Assembly: GCF_004010195.1 (NCBI RefSeq)
Contig: NC_057719.1
Span: 1,940,749 to 2,004,748 of the forward strand
Direction: 5' to 3'
DNA: 64,000 bases
Source: Chiloscyllium plagiosum
Lineage: Eukaryota
This document shows positions 49,516 to 60,529 of the stretch, piece after piece. Both the position numbers and the translations under genes were made by a program. The first letter of the stretch is position 1; every line of letters begins with the position of its first letter. The notes beneath the pieces are model-generated. The model had not been told where the DNA came from, searched no databases, and worked only from the letters and a program-made list of their open reading frames with translations.

Positions 49516-51991
49516 CATGTATAATTGTTGTAAACCTAATAACATAAGGGTATGAAAGCATAAGGGGAGGAGATGACATGGTGATACTGACACTGCAAGT
49601 AATGCAGAACGCCAAGTTATTGTTCCCGGGATACTGTGGCAGATGGTGAAATTAGAATTCAGTAAAAATCTGGAATAAAAAGCTTGCTGAATGATGACCA
49701 TGTGATTGCTGACAATTACTGTAAAACCCACTTGGTTCACTAATGAAATCCGCCATCCTTACCTGGTCTGGCTTCCATGGGAATCCAGACCCATAGCAAT
49801 GTGGCTGACTCGTAACTGCCCTCTGAGCAGTAAAGATAGATAGTAACTGCCTATCCAGCAACATCTACATCTCATGAATTTTTTTTTAAAAAATCAACAG
49901 CTTTAGGGAGAGACTGAACAGGCTGGGGCTGTTTTCCCTGGAGCACCGAAAGCTGAGGGGTGACCTTATAGAGGTTTATAAAATCATGAGGGACATGGAT
50001 AGGGTAAATGGACAAGGTCTTTTCCCTGGGACAAGGGTGTCCAAAACTAGAGGGGCATAGGTTTAGGATGACGGGGCAAAATTTAAAAGAGACCTAAGGG
50101 GTAACGTTTTCACGCAGAGGGTGGTGCGTGTATGGAATAAGCTGCCAGAGGAAGTGGTGGAGGCTGGTACAATTACAACATTTAAAAGGCATCTGGATGG
50201 GTATATGAATAGGAAAGGTTTAGAGGGATGTGGGCTGGCAAATGGGACTAGATTAATTTAGATTATCTGGTTGGCATGGACAAGTTGAACCGATAGATCT
50301 CTTTCTATACGGTACATCTCTGTGTCTTTCCCTAAACTCCACAGGGGTCTGCAGTCATCTGTTATCTGAGATTTCATTACTTCTGGGAGGACTCTCTGAC
50401 ATTTTGTAAAAGTAAGTCCTTCCCAGAAACACCTAACACCCATCTCCCTCTATTTTAAAATCTGAGTTCCAAAAATTTAACTTAATATGTATAAATACTG
50501 TACCTTCACACTAACACTCCGAACAGAATTTTCTTGATCTCATAGTGAGGTGTGTTTTGGCTTGAAGTAAATTTGTAGATGAAGGTGTCAGGTCAGTGTG
50601 CAGCCTGTTCCTGGTGATCTATCTGGAGGTGACCTAGCTGGAGGTAATCAGCAGTGGCAGGATAATCTGACCTGGCAGCAGCAGTTAGTTCAATAATCAT
50701 AACCTAATGAGGGGTGGCTCTGTATAGAATTAGGATGCTCTCTTTTGTAATCAGAAGTCAGGGCATAACTGGGAGAATGTTTTTGTCTCAGAGGGTTGTA
50801 TGAGTCAGGAATTTGCAGTCTCAGATGGTGAAGGAAGCGGGTCATTTAATTGATTAATACAGAGGTGGATAGATTCTTGGAGGTGCAGTTCTGAAAAAGG
50901 GTTACTGGACTCAAAACACGAATTCTGTTTCTCTCTTCCCAGACAGTGCCTGACCACCTGAGTTTATCCAGCAGTTTGTTTCTGTTTCAGATTTCCAGTA
51001 ATCGCAGTTTTTAAAAATTGTTTTATTGAAGATAATTTGTATAGAAGTTCAAACCAGCTTCATGGTTAGTCTTTATCCTATTCCTCAGTCGGATTGATGT
51101 GGAACTGACGGAGCTCATAGTTCTCTTTGCTGTTTGCAAACTTATGAAACTAGTAACATGAGTTGTTTCTCTGCAGGTACTTCTTGGTGAGGTGTTTCAG
51201 ACACCTCTAGGAGAATGGAACCTCAGAGGTAACAGTGACCTTACTCTTGTTCCTCATTGCCCAGGTTCCCAGCTTTACCTCTCACTTTGATGAGTTCCTG
51301 CAGGAAAATTGGAGAAGACCAAGATGTCTGATTAGGTGCAGTCCAATTTGGACTTAAGCATAGGTCTCTTCTCTGGCCTCTTGTCAGAAGCTTCTTTATG
51401 GGAGCCATGTCTGCACAAGATGGCAGAGTGAATATATTGTGGATAGATTCTTGCTAAGGACAGGAATCAAGGGTTATCTCAGGTAGATGGGAATGTGGAA
51501 TGGAAATACAGAACATCCGCCAAGAATTTTGAAATAACTCCACAGAGGAAGGTATCTGTCACTAAGTCACCCTTATTTGCACATGAGCAGTCCTTGACTT
51601 TAAATCTGCCTCATTCAGAGTCAGGTACCAGAGTATCAGGATCTCTGACACTCCCCTTTCTATCTGTCAGACAGGGTTCCCTGATTGGACCAGATTAACT
51701 GGCCCAAGTCAGGGAACTCGTATTTTATAAGAAAGAATAAAACATTTATTGAACAGGGAGTGCATGAACTAAATGACATTAGGCAAAATGAATGGTTTGA
51801 AAGATTTCATTACAGACATCGCAAATAGAATTTGGGAAAATTGTTTTTCACTCAGCAGCTATTGGGAATCTGGAATGGACTGTCTGGGAAGGTAGGGGAG
51901 GCCAGGCTCTTTAAATATCATTACATTCAAGTATATGGGACAAGTGCAGGAAATTGGGATTATTGCGCCTTTTAGTGGTAGTTATGTTGGT

Positions 51992-52162
51992 GCTGAAAAA
52001 TGTGTTGCTGGAAAAGCGCAGCAGGTCAGGCAGCATCCAAGGAGTAGGAGAATCGACGTTTCGGGCATAAGCCCTTCTTCAGGAACCTGCCTGACCTGCT
52101 GCGCTTTTCCAGCAACACATTTTTCAGCTCTGATCTCCAGCATCTGCAGTCCTCACTTTCTC
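51992..52162. mobile_element. Fold-back pLTR insertion with 14-bp TSD
   Basis: gtagttatgttggt at 51978-51991 and 52163-52176. Arms gctgaaaaatgtgttgctggaaaagcgcagcaggtcaggcag and its reverse complement. Confidence 0.88.
52051..52086 (-). ncRNA. Minimal hammerhead ribozyme motif (GGGC family)
   Basis: GUUC-CUGAAGA-A-GGGC(UUAU)GCCC-GAAAC-GUC-GAUU. Confidence 0.7.
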
Positions 52163-52289
52163 GTAGTTATGTTGGTACCAACTCAATGGGCCGAAGGGCC
52201 TTTTCTGCACTGTATGAATCTATGCTGTAACTAATTCATTCAATGATTCAGTTTAATATTTCATCTTGCCTATTTGCTCTATCTTTGTA

Positions 52290-52930
52290 CCTCAATCTCG
52301 CCTTCTCTTGTCTTTCTTATTCTGTCTCACTTCTTAGTTCTCTGTGTCCCTCTGTCTCATGTTTTTAGATCAACCTCTGTTCGCTTATATCTCTCTCTCC
52401 ACCTCTGACACTCTATCTGTCTGTCTCTCTCTCTCTCCCCATCTCTGACACTCTCTCTTTCTCTCTCTGCCTGCCTGTATCCTCTCACTGTCACTGCCTT
52501 TCATTGCCTTATTGTTTCTCTTTGTCTGCTTTGTTTCCCATTCTCAGTGTCTATCTCCCCCTTTGTCTGGTCTCACTTATTTTCATTCTTGCTTACTGAC
52601 ACTGTCAGTCACTGGCATCTCATTTGTTTCTGCTCGTCTATCTCCTGCAGTCTGTTGATCCCTCTTCTGGTCTGGTGGTTTCTCTCTCTCTTTCACTGTC
52701 TGTCACTCTCACTGTCCATCAGTCACTTGCTATCCATCTCCCTCTGCCTGTTTTGCTCTTTCCCCATCCATCTGTCTATCTCTCTCTCTCTATCTATCCA
52801 GCACCTGTTATTCTCACTTCCTAACTCTCTCTCACTCATTTGCTCTCTGTTTGGCAGCTTTCTCACTTCTGTGTCCAGCCTGGACTGGTCATGTGTGTTT
52901 ACTCAGTGTGAGTGAATGTGTCCTGTTTCT
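52290..52930. repeat. CT-rich low-complexity tract upstream of the last NUDT14 exon; similar tracts at 1-200, 1320-1900, 22640-22910, 41590-41910; (TG)n at 63270-63322
   Basis: Pyrimidine-rich simple sequence. Confidence 0.8.
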
Positions 52931-52937
52931 CCCTCAG

Positions 52938-53202
52938 GTCCGGTGTTGGGGTGACAGGATCCAAGCACACCATGTTTTACGTGGAGGTATCAGATGATCT
53001 ACACGTAGGATCGGGTGGAGGGCAGGCCGAGGAGGGAGAGCTGATCGAAGTGGTTCACGTGCCCCTGAAAGACTGGCAAACATTTATATTTGACGAGTGC
53101 ATCCCCAAAACAGTGGGTGTGAGTTTTGCTTTCATGTGGTTTCACAACAGCATTGCACCTCAACTGCAGGGCTCCAAGTGCCTGGCGTCATCCTCTCGAT
53201 GA
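52938..53202 (+). CDS. NUDT14: NUDT14 last coding exon, (R)SGVGVTGSKHTMFYVEV...EEGELIEVVHVPL...IPKTVGVSFAFMWF...SSSR*
   Basis: tttctccctcAG acceptor and TGA at 53200-53202. The four exons total 612 nt (204 codons including stop) without frameshift. Matches recalled human SGVGLTGSRQTMFY...EEGELIEVVHLPL...IPKT. Confidence 0.96.
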
Positions 53203-53923
53203 GGAACCAGTCCCTCGCGATGAGCTTTGACACTACAGTTGAGTCAGTGTAAACTAGGGCAGAATCAGTGCCAGAAGCTCTGTCAAACACAAACAGTTTC
53301 AGGGCTGATCTCAAATTTAAACACAAAGATCCACCTTCAGGCATTTTTATAGTTGTTCATCTTCACTTCTGATTGACTTTTTCTGAGGAAAACGGGAACA
53401 GCAGTTGACCGTTCAGCCCATCAAGCTTGACCCACCATTCAACATGATCATGGCTGGTCAAACACTTTAATGTCTTTGACTCTACCTTATACACACTCAA
53501 AACCTCAGCAGCCACGGCCCTGTGTGGGAGAGAATCCCTAAGGTTCATGACCCCGTCAAAAACTATTTTCCTCACCTTGGGGCTAAGTTCACATTCCCCC
53601 TTACTTTTAAATTGTGCCCCTGGTTCTAGACTCCCCAACCACTTGCATCTAATCTGTCTATCCCTTTCAGTGTTTTGTGAATTTCAATAAAAGTACCTGT
53701 CATTGTTTGAAACTCTCGAGTATAAGATACAGTTTGTCCAATCTCTCTCTCCAAAGGGCAGTCCTGCTCTCCCAGGAACAGGACTGGCTGGTGAACCTGT
53801 ATTGTACTTCCCCCAATGGCAATATTCTCTTTCTTGAGATAAGGAGACCAAAACTGCACACAATGGTGCAGGGGTGGTCTAACCAAGCTCCTGTACAATC
53901 CCATGAGTTCTTTATGACATCTT

Positions 53924-54197
53924 GGGAAGGCACGGTGGCTCAGTGGTTAGCACTGCTGCCTCCCAACACCAGGGTCCCAGGTTCGATTCCGCCCTCGGGT
54001 GACTGTGTGGAGTTTGTGCATTCTCCCCGTGTCTGCATGGGTTTCCTCCCATAGTCTGAAGATGTGCAGGCCAGGTGAATTGGCCATGCTAAATTGCCCA
54101 TAGTATTAAGTGCATTAGTCAGAGGGGGGTGGGTTACTCTTTGGAGGGTTGGTGTGGACTTGCAGGGCCTGTTTCCACACTGTAGGGAATCTAATCT
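53924..54197 (+). mobile_element. tRNA-derived V-SINE (HE1-like)
   Basis: Box A ggtggctcagtggtta, box B ggttcgattcc, V-domain gtgtggagtttg..cattctccccgtgtctgcatgggtttcctcc, CR1-like tail and (aatct)n end. Confidence 0.88.
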
Positions 54198-55621
54198 TTG
54201 AGGGGGGTTGTGATCCTGTTAAAGGCACGTAGTTATTTCTAATCATTTGTGGAACGTGACGTGATTACCCTAATTTAAGATAAAGCAGGAGAGCTCTTTC
54301 CAGTGTCCCAAGTCAACAGACATCGGTATGGACAGATCATCTGCTTATTATCACATTGCTGTTTGTGGGAGCTTGCTGTGCACAAAATGGCCACTGTGTT
54401 TCCCACTTTCCAACAGTGACTGCAGTTCAAAAGTACTCTGCTGGGTGTAAAGAACTTGTGTCATGTGCTATGGTGTTAGTTACACTGTCTCCTGAGGTCG
54501 AGTTAGGTTCCTGCCTTTATATTTTTGTTTTTATGGGATGTTGGGATTATGGCACATTATATTCCTCTCTCGACAGTTAGGAGTCAACCACATTGCTGTA
54601 GATCAGGGGCGTGGCTGGCTGGGCCAGCATTTCTCACCCGTCCCTAATTACCCCTTGAGAAGGGGGTGTGGTGAGCTGCCTTGTGTAGACCAGAGCAGGT
54701 TCCTTCCATTAGTGAGGATGGGGGGAAGGGGTAGGTTTTTACAGCAAACCATAGTAGTCATACTGACCACTAGAACATAGAACATAGGAAAGAACGAGGA
54801 GCAGGAGTAGGCCGTCCCTCAGTAAAATCATGGCTGATCCTTTTGTGACCTCAGCTCCACTTCCCCACATTTTCACCATGTCCCTCAATTCCTTTATTTT
54901 TCAAAAAAGCTATCTACCTTAGCTTTAAAATCAATTACTGACGTAGAGTCAATTACTTCTCTGGGCAAGGAATTCCATAGATTAGCAACTCTCTGGGGTT
55001 GTTGTTACTAAGACTTGTCTATATCAATTTTAATGAGATTTCAGTTTCACCCAATTGCCTGGTGAGATTGGATGCCGCGTCCCCACTGGGTCTACATTAA
55101 TAACCCAGTGACGATCCCACGATGCCACCTCCTCCCCCTGGGGTCACTGAGCTATTGGGGTGACCCCCAGGCCACAACTGAAACGACAAGCAGGTTTTGC
55201 GGATTACTCAGAGGCACAGTGTACATGTGACATGTTTCATGTTGGGAGCTCACTCCAATATTAAAGGATAAGACTAACCTGCACCCAGGGTGGGGCACAC
55301 AGCACTCTCACTCTGTATGTTAAAGGGAAAGATTATTAGCCGGTACCATAGAGCTGAACCCTGAAAGACCACTCAATGAGAGCTCGAGTCCCTGACCTCA
55401 GTTAGCAATTGGTTCAAACAAGGCTTGAGAATTCCCAATTCACATTTTGTTCCATTTACAAGACACCTCGACACAGCAGCCTTCTGGGTGATGAACAAAT
55501 GTGAACAGGAGGAGACCATTCAGCCCCATGGGTATGCTGCACCGCTCAATATGATGATGGCTGATCTGATTGGAATCTCAAATCCACCCTGCTGCCTGCT
55601 TTTTCTACCTTTTCACTCTTG

Positions 55622-55827
55622 ATCTGGAGGAGCCAGTGTTGGCCTAGGGCGACAAAGTTAAAAATCACACAACACCAGGTTATAGTCCAACAGGTTTATT
55701 TGGAAGCACTAGCTTTCTGAGCGCTGCTCCTTCATCAACCATCTGATGAAGGAGCGTCGCTCCGAAAGCTCGTGCTTCCAAATAAACCTGTTGGACTATA
55801 ACCTGGTGTTTTGTGATTTTTAACTTT
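55622..55827. mobile_element. Fold-back pLTR-type insertion with near-perfect 174-bp palindrome (55654-55827)
   Basis: aaagttaaaaatcacacaacaccaggttatagtccaacaggtttatttggaagcac... and its reverse complement. Probable TSD cttttcactcttg (55609-55621) / cttttgactcttg (55824-55836). Confidence 0.85.
55740..55774 (+). ncRNA. Minimal hammerhead ribozyme motif at the centre of a 174-bp palindrome
   Basis: CAU-CUGAUGA-A-GGAGC(GUC)GCUCC-GAAAG-CUC-GUG. Confidence 0.7.
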
Positions 55828-56181
55828 TGACTCTTGTTAGTCAAGAACCTAAAAATATACCTCCTTGTCTTCAGACATAAATTATTTTTAAACTGTATCC
55901 TCTGGCTATAGTCTGTCCGCCAGAGGGAAACATTCTTGCACCATCTGTCCTGTCAGGGTTTTAGATGTCTCAATCCAGTGACCTGTCACCTTTCTAAATC
56001 CCAACAAATACAGAACCTTTCCTCATGAGGTAACAACCTTCCAATAACCCTCCTCCACTCTGCCCATTAATTGTTGGGAATGAATCGTGGGTACATGTTG
56101 ATCGAATACACATCGCTAAAGACTGTTCTTTGTTTGGAGGGGACCTGCTCTGTGTCCTATTGTCATTGTGCAAAGAACTCT

Positions 56182-56187
56182 ATTAAA
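56182..56187 (+). promoter_or_regulatory. Candidate NUDT14 polyadenylation signal (ATTAAA with downstream GU/U-rich tract); alternative AATAAA at 53686-53691
   Basis: ATTAAA in non-repeat sequence followed by gaggtgttttgttattt. No transcript evidence is available. Confidence 0.3.
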
Positions 56188-56629
56188 AAAAGTTATTTAA
56201 TCACTGAGGTGTTTTGTTATTTCATTCCAGCTTCTTTTTGCTTTATTATTGAATGTATATTCTATCCACAGTGCTTGGAATTACTCTTAAAACAAGCCTT
56301 CACTGTTGTAAACTATCTCTAGATGCAAACAGGGGTGATTACCTGACTCCCCGCCCCCGAAACGAGAAACTAGGACAACCTGATCGAAGAGTTGGTTAAA
56401 AAGAATCTCTCAAAGAAAGTGAAGGAGGTTGGTTTATGTACAGCGGACAAGAGGAGACCACTTGGCCCTTCAAGCCTGCTCTCCCATTCAATATCATCGT
56501 TGCTGTTCGGATTTTAACCTCAAATCTATGTTCCTGCACACCCCCAATAATCTTTCCATCACTCAGGAATCAAGAATCTCTGCCTTCGAAATATTTAAGG
56601 ATTCTATATTCACTGCTTTTTGAGGCAAT

Positions 56630-57949
56630 TCCAGTGACCATAATTCTATTAGTTTTAAAATCGTGGTGGAAAAGGATAGACCAGATCTAAAAGTTGAAGT
56701 TCTAAATTGGAGGACGGCTAATTTTGACGGTATTAGGCAACAACTTTCAAAAGCTGATTGGGGGCAGATGTTTGCAGGTAAAGGGACGGCTGGAAAATGG
56801 GAAGGGGCGGCACGGTGGCTCAGTGGTTAGCATTGCTGCCTCACAGTACCAGAGACCCGGGTTCAATTCCCACCTCGGGCGACTGTTTGGAGTTTGCACA
56901 TTCTCCCCATGTCTGCATGGGTTTCCTCCCACAATCCAATGATGTGCCGGTTAGGTGAATTGGCCATGTTAAATTGCCTGTAGTGTTAGGTGCATTAGTC
57001 AGAGGGAAATGGGTCTGGGTGGGTTAATCTTCGGAGGGTCGGTGTGGACTTGTTGGGCCGAAGGTCTGTTTCCATGCTGTTAGAAATCTAATCTAATCTA
57101 AAAAATGAGATAACGAGAGTCCAGAGACAGTATATTTCTGTTAGGGTGAAAGGAAAGGCTGATAGGTATAGGGAATGCTGGATGACTAAAGAAATTGAGG
57201 GTATGGTTAAGAACAAGAAGGAAGCATATGTCAGGTATAGACAGGATAGATCGAATGAATTCTTAGAAGAGTATAAAGGCAATAGGAGTATACTTAAGAG
57301 GGAAATCAGGAGGGCAAAAAGGAGACATGAGATAGCTTTTGCAAATAGAATTAAGGAGAATCCAAAGGATTTTTCAAATACATTAAGGACAAAAGGTTAA
57401 CTAGGGAGAGAATAGGGCCCCTCAAAGATCAGCAAGGCGGCCTTTGTGTGGAGCCACAGAAAATGGGGGAGGTATAAAATGAATATTTTGCATCATTATT
57501 TACTGTGGAAAAGGATATGGAAGATATAGACTGTAGGGAAATAGATGGTGACATCTTGCAAAATGTTCAGGTGTACCCTAGAACTCTGTGGGAAGCTAGA
57601 GAAGTGATTGCTGGGCCTCTTGCTGAGATATTTGTATTATCGATAGTCACAGGTGAGGTGCCGGAAGACTGGAGGTTGGCAAAAGTGGTGCCACTGTTTA
57701 AGAAGGATGGAAAAGACAAGCCAGGGAACTACAGACCGATGAGACTGATGTCGGTGGTGGGCAAGTTGTTGGAGGGAATCCTGAGGGACAGGATGTACAT
57801 GTATTTGGAAAGGCAAGGACTGATTAGGGATAATCAACATGGCTTTGTGCGTGGCAAATCATGTCTCACAAACTTGATTGAGTTTTTTGAAGAAGTAACA
57901 AAGAGGATTGATGAGGGCAGAGCAGTAGATGTGATCTATATGGACTTCA
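56630..57949 (+). mobile_element. CR1-clade LINE ORF2 fragment (runs into gap), interrupted by a SINE at 56804-57100
   Basis: GEVPEDWRLAKVVPLFKK..KDKPGNYRP..L.SVVGKLLE, QHGFVRGKSCLTNLIEFFEEVT and AVDVIYMDF motifs. Confidence 0.93.
56804..57100 (+). mobile_element. tRNA-derived V-SINE (HE1-like) nested in CR1 LINE
   Basis: Same structure as the 53924 copy; ends aatctaatctaatcta. Confidence 0.88.
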
Positions 57950-58905
57950 NNNNNNNNNNNNNNNNNNNNNNNNNNNNNNNNNNNNNNNNNNNNNNNNNNN
58001 NNNNNNNNNNNNNNNNNNNNNNNNNNNNNNNNNNNNNNNNNNNNNNNNNNNNNNNNNNNNNNNNNNNNNNNNNNNNNNNNNNNNNNNNNNNNNNNNNNNN
58101 NNNNNNNNNNNNNNNNNNNNNNNNNNNNNNNNNNNNNNNNNNNNNNNNNNNNNNNNNNNNNNNNNNNNNNNNNNNNNNNNNNNNNNNNNNNNNNNNNNNN
58201 NNNNNNNNNNNNNNNNNNNNNNNNNNNNNNNNNNNNNNNNNNNNNNNNNNNNNNNNNNNNNNNNNNNNNNNNNNNNNNNNNNNNNNNNNNNNNNNNNNNN
58301 NNNNNNNNNNNNNNNNNNNNNNNNNNNNNNNNNNNNNNNNNNNNNNNNNNNNNNNNNNNNNNNNNNNNNNNNNNNNNNNNNNNNNNNNNNNNNNNNNNNN
58401 NNNNNNNNNNNNNNNNNNNNNNNNNNNNNNNNNNNNNNNNNNNNNNNNNNNNNNNNNNNNNNNNNNNNNNNNNNNNNNNNNNNNNNNNNNNNNNNNNNNN
58501 NNNNNNNNNNNNNNNNNNNNNNNNNNNNNNNNNNNNNNNNNNNNNNNNNNNNNNNNNNNNNNNNNNNNNNNNNNNNNNNNNNNNNNNNNNNNNNNNNNNN
58601 NNNNNNNNNNNNNNNNNNNNNNNNNNNNNNNNNNNNNNNNNNNNNNNNNNNNNNNNNNNNNNNNNNNNNNNNNNNNNNNNNNNNNNNNNNNNNNNNNNNN
58701 NNNNNNNNNNNNNNNNNNNNNNNNNNNNNNNNNNNNNNNNNNNNNNNNNNNNNNNNNNNNNNNNNNNNNNNNNNNNNNNNNNNNNNNNNNNNNNNNNNNN
58801 NNNNNNNNNNNNNNNNNNNNNNNNNNNNNNNNNNNNNNNNNNNNNNNNNNNNNNNNNNNNNNNNNNNNNNNNNNNNNNNNNNNNNNNNNNNNNNNNNNNN
58901 NNNNN
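57950..58905. other. Assembly gap (others at 1568-1641, 2938-2955, 30286-30425, 36619-36929)
   Basis: Runs of N. Confidence 1.
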
Positions 58906-59429
58906 CAACAGCCACTCTCAGACAACTCACCAGAACGAAGGACCCGATACCCAGCATGAGCAAAACCAATGTAGTGTACAAAATCCCATGCAAGGACTGC
59001 ACAAAACACTACATAGGACAAACAGGAAGACAGCTAACGATCCGCATCCATGAACACCAACTAGCCACGAAACGACACGACCAGCTATCCTTAGGAGCCA
59101 CACATTCAGATGACAAGCAACATGAGTTCGACTGGGACAACACTACTATTATAGGACAAGCCAAACAGAGAATAGCCAAGGAATTCCTAGAGGCATGGCA
59201 CTCATCCACAGATTCAATCAATAAGCACATCGACCTGGGTCCAATATACCGGCCACTGCAGCGGACAGCTGGAACTGACAACCGGAAGCGGCAGATTCAA
59301 ACCACTATAAATGCCGGAGGAAAGATCACAGAAGCGCTTCACAGGAGGCTCCCAAGCACTGAGGATGTCACCTAGACAGGGGACAAAACTGCAACACAAA
59401 TTCCCAGCTCAGCGAACAGAACCACAACA
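58906..59429 (+). mobile_element. Penelope-like element 3' part: GIY-YIG endonuclease ORF plus terminal repeat
   Basis: ORF 58956-59375 NVVYKIPCKDCTKHYIGQTGRQLTIRIHEH...FLEAW..INKH shows VVY/YIG, CxxC and R..EH motifs. Followed by a degenerate hammerhead at about 59356-59392. Confidence 0.9.
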
Positions 59430-60529
59430 CCTCTTTATTTTTAAACAATGACCCTGTAGTTCTGGATTTTCCCACAAGAGGAAACACCCTCTCCACATTC
59501 ACCTGGTCAAATCCCCTTAAGATCTTCTGTGTTTCAGTTATCACTTCTGACTCTGCTAAACTCCAGCTGATACAGGGCCATGCCTGTCCAGCTTTTCCTC
59601 ATAAGGCAGTCTGCCCATTCCAGGGATTAGTCTCCTAAACCTCAGAACTGCTTCCAATGCACTGATGTTAGTGCAAGGTGAGCAAGCACTGTACACGGGA
59701 CTCGAGATGTGTTTTACTATATTAGAAATACCACCCCAGTGGAAAGTTGAAAGGTTCGGAAAGATTGGAGGAGGAGGCTGTTGAAGTTACAGCTGCTAAT
59801 GGTGGGCAGTGTGCGCAGGGTAATTCTCATTGGTCTCTCAGCATTATCTCTGAGCTGCCTCTAGTAACTCATCCAGTCGGTATTGTCTGTGGTGAAGGAG
59901 CAGTGTCCATTCTCCACTCCATGTCGTCACCGGGTCTTCCACATGCAAACTGCAAGATTCTGTCAGTCAGTGACACTCTCCCTCCAGGCAGCCTTGTTCA
60001 GGGAGAACCTGTGTCTGCAGCACTGCGGGAGTGCGACTCGGGCAGTAGAGCCAGACGTTACATCTTCAGACCATTTATCTGGGACACGTGGAACAAGAGG
60101 GAGCGTTTGTTGCTCTGCACGTCCCCAGACGATGGCTACTGTCAGGGCGGTAAATGCTGCACTTTATTATACACCGCAAGATCCCATCAAAGATAGTCTG
60201 CTGTTGGTGGGGGTGTTGAAGGATGAACACTGAGAGCTGCCAGAAGGAATTCTGCCTCATTTAATAAACTGATGAGTCAGTCACCATGGAGGAGAGCTTA
60301 ACTTAGGCATCTATCTCAGCCCAGACTCAGACTGCACTTAGAAAGAGCCACTTGTTCAGACAGTCAGTGTGTGTGTGTGAGTCAATGCTGAGAACCATTG
60401 ATCACTCATCCACAGGTCATTGTTAATCAATCGTAACATTCTCCTTGTTTGAACAATCACTTTACTAAATAATTTACCACTCTGAGCTGGATGAGATAGA
60501 AATACTGGTCAAGTTCATAGGTTAGTGTG

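Noticed and set aside
53924..54000. tRNA genes at SINE heads (also 56804, 14203, 8185)
   Set aside because: A and B boxes run into SINE bodies and tails; no complete cloverleaf.
36365..59021. Long ORFs containing X runs (36365-37155, 57505-59021; also 30094-30544)
   Set aside because: They read through N gaps. Only the CR1 part of 57505-57949 and the GIY-YIG parts are meaningful.
59747..60233. 149-aa and 116-aa ORFs
   Set aside because: Non-ATG starts, no recognisable domain and no convincing splice sites.
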